A stretch of DNA of 64,000 bases, taken from contig JAPETS010000003.1 in the NCBI GenBank assembly GCA_026023565.1, positions 1,116,001-1,180,000 on the forward strand. Direction: 5' to 3'. The stretch comes from Cirrosporium novae-zelandiae (taxonomy: Eukaryota). Below, one piece after another: positions 50,038 to 64,000 of the stretch. The translations under genes were made by a program, and so were the position numbers. The notes under the pieces are model-generated. The model had not been told where the DNA came from and searched no databases. It was given only the letters and a program-made list of their open reading frames with translations. Numbering within the stretch: the first letter of the stretch is position 1; every line of letters starts with the position of its first letter.

Positions 50038-50823
50038 CTACCCGAACGTTTTACTAGGATCGCTAGTATCACCGCCCTTAGTGTTTAAAGGGCCGAATTT
50101 CCTCAGTATTAGATTCCCTTGAATTGAACTGATGCAGTTCTTCGCAGCAGCTAGAACATCCATATTCACATCTTCCCACGGTCTTCCGGCATCAATAACT
50201 TTCATTTCATCATTCTCAGGCATCCTAACCAACGTATTGAAAAGCCGCCTAACTTCTTGTTGCATTTTATTATTTTCATATTTTTCGTCACCAAATCCTC
50301 CACGCTTAGCAGCAGCTTCTGGGGAAATATCCAGGAAAATGCATAGATCAGGTTTTGGTAAACCTACTTCGGGTTGCCAGGCCCATTGAAGGGAAAGCCG
50401 AGGATTTTGTTTTGCCGCAGAGTAGACGGCCCCCGAATATGAGTAACGATCGACCACAACATGAGTCCCGGCATTGATGAGATCAAGAATCCGAGAAAGG
50501 CGTTCCCATCTGTTTGCGGAAAATAGTAAATGGATGGCATGGTCGTCAACATGGTCCACTCCCTTTAGATATTTATTTATCACTTCTCCGATGTAGGTAG
50601 TTCTATCTACAACTGGTCAATATTGGTTCTAGGGTATCATAAGTAGAAAAAAACCCGAAATACCTGGAAAACGCATAGCAACGCCATCAATAACTTTTGC
50701 AAGCTCTTTAACCTGGGTTGATTTGCCCGCTCTATCCAGGCCTTCAATAACAATCAAGGCACCGCGACTTACGGTAGAAGTTTCAGAGTGATTGATTTGA
50801 TTATTTTCAAATTGCGAACTCAT
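50038..50823 (-). CDS. CDC8: Thymidylate kinase
   Basis: RGALIVIEGLDRAGKSTQ P-loop, RFP|DRTT across the intron, HLLFSANRWE, VVDRYSYSG, GLPKPD. Confidence 0.93.
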
Positions 50824-51096
50824 AGTGGAGATCTTTCTTGAGGGTCTATTGCCAATACAGGGATTTGAGAAGAGAAATTGCAGATATATGAGGTAGCAGC
50901 ACGAAATAGCAAAAAGTTAAGTGGAGTAATTTCTTGAGCGGTTTCTACGACAGCACCGTGGTAAAAACTGCTGTAATCTGATAAGAGCGGCTGATAAGCA
51001 TAGCGCGTCTAATAGCTTTTTAAAGGGCGCTTGTTTTTTCTAACTCCATTGAAATCTGCGACAGTTCATTATTAAAGTGCAACATTCAGTTAACCA

Positions 51097-52652
51097 ATGG
51101 GTGATGCCATGGCAGATCCCAGTTCAACCAAGCTATCGGATGAAATGCTTTCTTTCAATATTCTTCAACCAGCAACAGAGGCTGTTAGTGTCCGCCTTGG
51201 TAAACTTTCTATCCCTGGACGAAAATCCATCTACACCCCTCACTATGTTGCAAATACTTCAAGGGGAGCTGTATCCCATATATCCCAAGATAATATAAGA
51301 AGCAAGACATCTATAAGCAGTGCATATTTTGCTATTGAAGACTGTAAGTATAGAACTGAGTTTTATATTTCCTTTCCGGCTACTTTTGTATATTAGCTCT
51401 GACTAGGGCTCACAAGTCATAGAAAAGGCACCATATCAGGTTCCCCCGATCTACAAATTCCCAGTTCAAAGTGGGGAATCTAGGTTAAGAAAGTTTATTA
51501 CCCTTCAACCAGATGTTGTGACTATATTGGGTCCTCGGCGTATACCTGCGATACCATGTCCACATCACAATACGAATACAGCCATCTCCATCTTGACCTC
51601 TGTTGGTTTTAGATGGCTAGAGGCTGAGGACTATCATGAAGGTTCCAGAACCTTGGGTCCGGATATCTTCATAGGTCTGGCCGATCTACCACAGGATGTT
51701 TATAAATCGAGTAAAAAGAGAAAGGAGAAAATGGTGGACAGGACAGATGACTGGATACAGACAATCTCCAGCGAACTTGCCGACGATAGCGTCGCGCAGA
51801 AGCCTGCATTATTCGCCCCTATCCTCCCACTTGAACCAGAACAGCAGTCCTACTACCTGGCTAACCTCCGCAACCTTCCCTATCTCTCTGGTCTTGCCCT
51901 CTTCAACTCGACCTCCACCACGACTATTCCAGTAGCGCTTCGTGACCTCCCTCGCCTTTCAGTTGCATCCCCTTCGTCTCCCCATGCCTTGCTCCATGAG
52001 ATCTCCCTTGGCGTTGACCTATCATTACTTCCGTTTATCACCACAGCCTCGGACTCTGGCATCGCCCTCTCATTCGCTTTTCCTGCCCCTGACCCTTCGC
52101 TCTTGTCCAAACCCATTCCCCTCGGAATTGACATGTGGTCTCCCGCACATGCCACGTCGATGACACCACTAACTCAGGGCTGTGATTGCTATGCTTGCAC
52201 AGCTCATCACTCTGCATATCTCCACCATCTCTTATCCGTAAAAGAAATGCTAGGCTGGGTATTACTGCAAATACATAACCATGCTGTTATGGACCGCTTT
52301 TTTGAAGGTGTAAGGAAAAGTATTGCGCATGGAACATTTGAGGAGGATATAAAAACATTTGGTCAGGTATATGAAGCCGAGTTTCCAGAAAAAACAGGGC
52401 AAGGTCCTCGGTGTGTTCAGTCCGGTTATTATAGTACCCCCACTCTTCGAATCTCAGCTAACTCTTTTTACCTTTTCCAGAGTTCGTGGCTACCAATTCA
52501 AGTCTATTGGTGGCGGTGAGCCGAAGAAGAATGTTCTTGCTTTTCGTACACTGGACGACACTAAAAATAAAGTAGCAGATGAAGGGATTCTAAGCCCTAA
52601 CGATGACGTCAAGTATTTAGATGAGCAAGGGATCACTGAGAAAATAAACTAG
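51097..52652 (+). CDS. QTRT2: Queuine tRNA-ribosyltransferase accessory subunit
   Basis: RLGKL..TPHYVANTSRGAVSHISQD, LADL, LGVDL, Zn site CDCYAC..H, YLHHLL..KEML..LLQIHN, GQGPR|VRGYQ; three exons. Confidence 0.85.
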
Positions 52653-53400
52653 TAGCCAGTAAAGACCTAGATAGCGCTTTGAGGATCAATCATAGCCAAC
52701 TCAGAGACATGACCAATGCATTTTAATGGATTTCACAAATACATCTTAGTTTTAGGTTCGAGGTAAATATGTCAGTGTAAAAATAGACTTCGAAATGGTG
52801 GCTTTCGGCGGGCTCGTTGAATCAAAACAGGAAGGTCAAAAAGATTTTATCCCAGAGATACTCAATTCTCATTTAATTGACTGTCAGTTTCGGTGAAGAG
52901 TGTAGTAGTAATGCAATATGGGAAAATAGTCATTTTTCATTTTGCCTGAAGGTCGGCCCGAGTATATCAAACGCAAAAGTCAATTTCTATGAGGTGTTAG
53001 TTTCAATCAAACACACATTTCGATTGAAGGCCTCCCTAGTTTCTCATATATATGTTAATTAAGCTCAAACTTTTACAGGGGAAGGGCATAGAGTTTCAAC
53101 ACCGGAAACAAGGGTTGTTACGTATGATAGGTTTTTATGCAATGATATAAAAAAAAGTCTTACTACTTGTTTGAGATCTAGACTATGGGCAAAATATCGA
53201 ACCGTGGCTACAAACGCAACAGCGACAATAGGAGTATCAAGGATCCGAGTATTCTCCAGTAACATGTGCCGTGGAGACGTTTCTTCTTCAAACCCCATTT
53301 CCCGGACCCGGTCGTAAACTTCGTGATGGAACTCCAGGCAAAGGCTTTACCAAGTCTCGTTGGATCCCGCTAAAGGGTATTACAAATATTGCAATCGGTA

Positions 53401-54297
53401 TCACCCTTCCCTACTATCCACACCCCCAGTTTCCTCCCACAGCCTCTTCACAATACCCCAATACCTAACACCGCCTTCTACTCTAACGTGTGAGACATGC
53501 TGGCTTCCAGCAAACTTCTCCCTCTCCACTACGAATCCCTTATCCTCGGCCTCCCGCGCATGCCCCTCAACATCATTCCACCCGACCAGCTGATCCGCCT
53601 CACTATATATATAAACTCTCTTCGCCTCCTTCACCACCAGCTCCGGATCATTCAAATCCTCCCTAATGACATCCACCGGATTCTTCGCAACCCCTAGAAC
53701 ATTTACCGTGACCCAGACGGCGAAGAGGAAAAAACATGTTAAGATGATGCTTGGAATACGGATGTAGAATGCGGGGGGGAGGGCGGCGGCGAATGCGTTG
53801 TAGCCTTGTTGCATTGTCCCTCGACCCGGGCACGAATCGAATATTGTGACATACGACGTGAGGGGTTTGCCTGTGGCTTCCTTGTAGGTATGCAGCAGGT
53901 TGCAGGTTTCGAAGGAGCCGCCATTCGAGAAGACATGCAGAAGGATTTGAGGCTGCTGCTGCTGCTGCTGGTTTTGGGGGGAATTCGGGTCATCGAGAGC
54001 GGAGAGGATGGTGGATATGGCAGGCTTAGCCTGTTTCCTGAGGGCGCTAGTGCTGCGATATATCCAATTGGCGGGCCCGCTCCTGATGAGGAGGATGCGC
54101 GTGGTTGGATAGAGGGTTTGGTACCCGGTGACATATTTGCGGATGTGGGATGGGTAGGCGCCGAGCCATGTTGCTAGGATTATAAGTTTGGGGGCAACTG
54201 CAGTGCTGGTGGTGGTGCTCTCTGGCGGCGAGTAGAGGTAAACAACGGGTGACAGCTGTGTGAACGCAGACAATGGGGCTGAAGGGGATTCAGACAT
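53401..54297 (-). CDS. DUF829/TMEM53-family alpha/beta-fold protein (PaxU-like)
   Basis: LIILATWLGA, KYVTGY, LHVFSNGG, IFDSCPG, a hydrophobic segment, YIYSEADQLV, SQHVSH; includes a short poly-Q. Confidence 0.85.
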   Translation of the reverse strand: MSESPSAPLSAFTQLSPVVYLYSPPESTTTSTAVAPKLIILATWLGAYPSHIRKYVTGYQTLYPTTRILLIRSGPANWIYRSTSALRKQAKPAISTILSALDDPNSPQNQQQQQQPQILLHVFSNGGSFETCNLLHTYKEATGKPLTSYVTIFDSCPGRGTMQQGYNAFAAALPPAFYIRIPSIILTCFFLFAVWVTVNVLGVAKNPVDVIREDLNDPELVVKEAKRVYIYSEADQLVGWNDVEGHAREAEDKGFVVEREKFAGSQHVSHVRVEGGVRYWGIVKRLWEETGGVDSREG

Positions 54298-54667
54298 GTT
54301 TAGAAAATTTGGAGCTTGGGCAAAGGGTGGGAGAAAGTGAGGGTGGGAGGGAGTCTTCTTCTAGTGGTTTGTTCTACTCTGCATTTAAATGGGAATTTTG
54401 GGTGGCTGGTTTGTAGGATTGTTTGTTCATTGAAAGGAATATATTTATTTGCTATTCTGGTGGTTCCTATAGGTGTGTTCGTAAGGCTTTGGGTGACTTT
54501 GGTGTGAATTAATTAAAGGATTTATTAGTTTAAAGATTAGATTAGATTTTCGGCAGACTCGATGATCAATCAGCTCTTTAGAGCCGAGGTTTACTCACTT
54601 GCCGTTGGGGAAGTGTGGGAGGCTCTCCCTCCATCTCCGCAACTAACATCATCCCAACCCACTGTAG

Positions 54668-54682
54668 TATAAAGTATATAAA
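54668..54682 (+). promoter_or_regulatory. Tandem TATA elements in the divergent DUF829/MDR intergenic region
   Basis: TATAAAG-TATATAAA about 115 bp upstream of the ATG at 54795. Confidence 0.5.
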
Positions 54683-54794
54683 GAGCGGTTATCCAGACAT
54701 TTAGTCCTGGATGTGATTATGATCCATCAGACTCTCTTTTGGTAATCTGTATTTCCTTAATTGCTATTTATACCTACATCGCTATTTAATTACT

Positions 54795-55880
54795 ATGTCC
54801 AAAGCAATTACCATTTCCCTTATTGACGGAAAGCCAGGAAAGCCAGGAAAGGTCTATTACCCCATCAAGCTTCAAACAGTCCCGATTCCGACCCCTAAAC
54901 AAAATGAGCTTCTCATCAAAGTCAGTGCTGCAGCACTCAACCATCGAGACCTGTTCATCCGTCAGCATCTTTATCCGGCCATATCGTTTGAAACCCCACT
55001 ACTCGCTGATGGCTGTGGAGTTGTTATCAGCCCGAATTCAAAGTATTCACCGCAGCGAGTCATCTTGAATCCAGGCACTGGCTGGGATTCTGATCCACTA
55101 GGGCCAGAAAAGCAAGCTTATTTTATTCTAGGCGGGACTTCGAGTAACCCGCTTGGTACCTTGCAAGAAACGCTTGCCATTGCTGACTCAGAAGTCGAAC
55201 TTGCACCAGAACATCTCTCAGATGTCGAAGCAGCCGCCTTACCTCTGACAGGCCTCACCGCTTGGCGGGCATTTAATACAAAGTCTGGGAATGCAGAAGT
55301 CGGTCGTAACATCCTCGTCACTGGTATTGGCGGAGGGGTAGCCATCATGGTGTTGCTATTTGCAGCTGCTAAGGGATGTAACGTTTTTGTGACGTCCTCT
55401 TCTGAGGAGAAGATTGCTCGGGCAAAGGAGCTAGGAGCTGTTGGTGGAGTCAATTATAAAGACAAAGAATGGGGAAAAAATCTGCAAAAGATGTTGCCTA
55501 AGGATCGGCCTTTTCTTGATGCCGTAATTGATGGCGCGGGCGGTGATATTGTGCCTCGCACATGGAAAGTCCTAAAACATGGAGGTGTAATTGTCAGCTA
55601 CGGAATGACGGTGATGCCCCAACTCGCATTCACAATGCAAGCTGTCATGAAGAATATTGATATCCGAGGAAGTACCATGGGTTCAAGAGAAGAGTTTCGG
55701 GAGATGGTGGAATATGTGAGGCAAAAGAAGATAAAGCCTATTGTGGATAGGGTGGTTGTTGGGATAGATAACGTTAAGGAGATAGATGGATTGTTTGAGG
55801 ACATGAAGAAAGGGAACCAATTTGGTAAATTGGTAATACAGATATGCAAGTCGGAGGAGGGAGAAGGAAGCAAGTTGTGA
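54795..55880 (+). CDS. Medium-chain dehydrogenase/reductase, quinone oxidoreductase-like, with C-terminal SKL
   Basis: Intronless 361 aa: AALNHRD, AAALPLTGLTAWRA, LVTGIGGGVA, VIDGAGG, GSTMGS, QFGKLVI; ends ..GSKL*. Confidence 0.88.
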   Translation: MSKAITISLIDGKPGKPGKVYYPIKLQTVPIPTPKQNELLIKVSAAALNHRDLFIRQHLYPAISFETPLLADGCGVVISPNSKYSPQRVILNPGTGWDSDPLGPEKQAYFILGGTSSNPLGTLQETLAIADSEVELAPEHLSDVEAAALPLTGLTAWRAFNTKSGNAEVGRNILVTGIGGGVAIMVLLFAAAKGCNVFVTSSSEEKIARAKELGAVGGVNYKDKEWGKNLQKMLPKDRPFLDAVIDGAGGDIVPRTWKVLKHGGVIVSYGMTVMPQLAFTMQAVMKNIDIRGSTMGSREEFREMVEYVRQKKIKPIVDRVVVGIDNVKEIDGLFEDMKKGNQFGKLVIQICKSEEGEGSKL

Positions 55881-56956
55881 ATTGAATTGTGAATTCAAAG
55901 CATAACTAATAATTAATTAATTAATTATGCCCTATCATTTATCCTTTCCGAGAGTAGTTAGAGACTGAGCAAGGTTTTTGCCGGCAAGCGATACCAAAAG
56001 GGGGAAGGGAAAAAGAAAAAAGGAAAAGGAAAAGAAAAGGGCAGAAGTAATTAACGGAACATGCCACCTATGGGTCAGTCAAGTTTCAATGAATGACAGC
56101 CTGAGAATGAGTCTGGCTGCCATGTATCGCAAAAATAGGTCACACTGACTTCCATTTTATGCTTACTAGGCATCTGGTCCTCTACCTGACTAGGATAATT
56201 CTCTGTATCACTACAAGTAGTTATATTAATATTGTCCACCTGTTTTTGATACGCTCTGATACCACTAATTAGATACTTTCATAAAAAAAAATGTTAAATT
56301 ATTCTAGTGCTACCTAACCTAATAATAAATATACCTATCTAAAAGAATAAAATCACGAGAATAATAATTAACTCTTTATCTTTGCTATATCCTTTTTTCT
56401 TTTTTTTTTTTTTCTATCTGCAATGCCTTGCATGAGTATAATTAGACAAGCGAGAGTTACATATAGTAGGGGAAGTAGGTAAATTCTGGTTGACGGGAAA
56501 AAAGACTGGCTATGCCTATGCCTATGCCAATGCCAGTGCCAGTATTAGGTTATTAGCTTCAGTGCTTGGACTATCCATCTACCGTTCGTCTACCCACTGC
56601 CCTACCACCTTACATTTCTTAGCTTTTGATACACCTCTCTCTCTTTCTCTCTCTTACTCTCTTACTCTTACCCTTACCCTTACTTACTCTCCCTCACCCT
56701 CTCTCCTCATTAATCTTTTCTCACCTTCCTACTTATATCGCTTCCCTTTTGATTCCACCTCCCCTCCAATCTCGACCCTCACTACCTTTATTCGGCACAA
56801 ATGACCTTCGACCAGCTGTTCGCATATCGCCCGAATTCTTCGATACCGAATCATATATCTTTAATAGCAACGGAACCCGAAGCCTTATTCACCTAAACCC
56901 CGAACAACTAACCCATCATGCCATAACCATTAATTACAACCATCGTCTATCATTGA

Positions 56957-62751
<5,795 letters not shown>

Positions 62752-63558
62752 GCACGATTCGGTTCTAAACCTGGCGAAGATGACGATGATGATTAATGTT
62801 GGCGGGTTTTCCTTTGCTTCGCAGATGGATGGCGCAAGAGCTCCAGCAAGAACTATCACTATCAACGGTGTTATGGTTATGGAAAGGATGGTGCATACTC
62901 TACATTGCATTATTGGTGTTTTCTTTTCTTTTTTTCGCAGAGGTTTTTATTTTGCCTTTCGTTGTATCATTATATTTTCCCTCAGCTTTTTATTTACTTT
63001 TTCTTTTATTATGCACCGCCTGTATTATAGATGTTTAGAAAGTAATGTGCTTGATCTTTGTTCCTCGGTGCTTTCATGGCCGTGGCAGAGGTCTAGCTCA
63101 GGCTTTCGAGGATGTACAAGAGTGTCAGGTAGCTGAGAAGTTGGTTCTGTATGCAATGGATTAAATTCTCCCTCTCTCATTGTTTCAGTAGGATAAGAAG
63201 TCGATTCAGTTTGGTAATTGTCAAGCCACAATGTCGATAGATGTGTGGTGGAGAGTCGTAAGTACCATGAAAGGATACAGTAAGTGCGTGACGAGGGACT
63301 ACCCCGCAGATCCAGCAATTACATACCTAGATACTTATAGGGATTGCACTCCTCCCCAACTTGAATCTATCTAGTATTCATAGAAGAGAGGTTAGCGAAA
63401 ATCGGGCTTGTAAATAAGTAAATATATAACATCTTTGCAAAAAATGTTATCTAGATCCGATGTGTGTGATCGTTTTGTCTGTGTTGGTATATCATTAATC
63501 TGACCCAGTTTCCGGGCCTGTTATTTCATTCCTATCATGTTAGTTGGAGGATTTACTC

Positions 63559-63592
63559 ATATGTATATGTATATATGTATATATGTATATAT
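63559..63592. repeat. (ATATGT/AT)n microsatellite
   Basis: atatgtatatgtatatatgtatatatgtatatat. Confidence 0.8.
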
Positions 63593-63738
63593 AATCATGA
63601 TGGCGATGTTAAGTCGAATAGTCGACACACATGTCACTGGAGAATCTCTCTCTCTCTAGTTTAGATTTTTCTAATCGGAATAGTTAGTCGACAACACTGA
63701 CCCAGAAACCCCCATCTTTCTAATAGTCTATCCCATCT

Positions 63739-64000
63739 TTATGGTCCATTCCCATCCATATACTTCCTCAACAACGGGGCCACCTGTTTTCGACTCGCAG
63801 TCAGCTCCCTCTGTTGCCACATTTTCATTTTGCCTCCTGCGGTTGCATCTATCTCTCCATCCCTTTTCTCTAATCTAAGCTTCTGGCCCCCCACCCCCTG
63901 AAAGCGCATAAGCACTTCCTCCCCATGCTCATTCATGGGCAATAAAGCCAGCTCTCTTTCAAATTCCCCCTCTTGGTTCGTGAACGCCGTCATGATTGCA
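63739..64000 (-). CDS. 3' end of an unidentified gene entering from the right edge
   Basis: Open frame from the window end to the stop at 63739 (..FERELALLPMNEHGEEVLMRF..LLRKYMDGNGP*), purine-rich and coding-like. Family not recognised. Confidence 0.5.
   Translation of the reverse strand, partial: AIMTAFTNQEGEFERELALLPMNEHGEEVLMRFQGVGGQKLRLEKRDGEIDATAGGKMKMWQQRELTASRKQVAPLLRKYMDGNGP

Noticed and set aside
52700..53400. Short ORFs between QTRT2 and the DUF829 gene
   Set aside because: Convergent 3' UTR region with no recognisable motifs or consistent splice pattern.
53401..54297. PaxU-like gene as a sign of a secondary metabolite cluster
   Set aside because: No GGPP synthase, prenyltransferase, P450, PKS or NRPS in the window; DUF829 proteins are widespread.
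54690..54713. Small hairpin ATCCAGAC-ATTTA-GTCCTGGAT
   Set aside because: Short imperfect stem of a kind expected by chance; no ncRNA family features.
56650..56700. CCCTTA/CTCTTA repeats resembling telomeric CCCTAA
   Set aside because: Few, degenerate units embedded in a promoter pyrimidine tract.

Overview
Eukaryotic, intron-containing DNA from a filamentous ascomycete (Pezizomycotina-like gene set, GT-AG introns with CTAAC/CTGAC branch points). About 26 protein-coding loci are densely packed. Most are conserved housekeeping genes: DUG3-like amidotransferase, 6-phosphogluconate dehydrogenase paralog, WD40/inositol 5-phosphatase, CHY zinc finger, PRE6, DLD2, Sid1-like kinase, cysteine synthase, sulfite oxidase-like protein, TIM22, condensin G, Nrp1, SLX1, thymidylate kinase, QTRT2 and a KDM5-type demethylase. 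Two accessory islands interrupt them. (i) A C2H2-like/Zn2Cys6 regulator is divergently paired with an AKR7-like reductase that carries an in-frame stop. (ii) A gene-poor stretch (~38-43.5 kb) holds an intronless, decaying gene that fuses a seven-repeat EPTP/EAR-like beta-propeller to a DUF5624-like domain; this is the best candidate for an unusual, possibly bacterially derived system. I recognised no tRNA, rRNA, CRISPR or transposase. Gene models were spliced by eye, and family assignments come from motif recognition and recall, not database searches.
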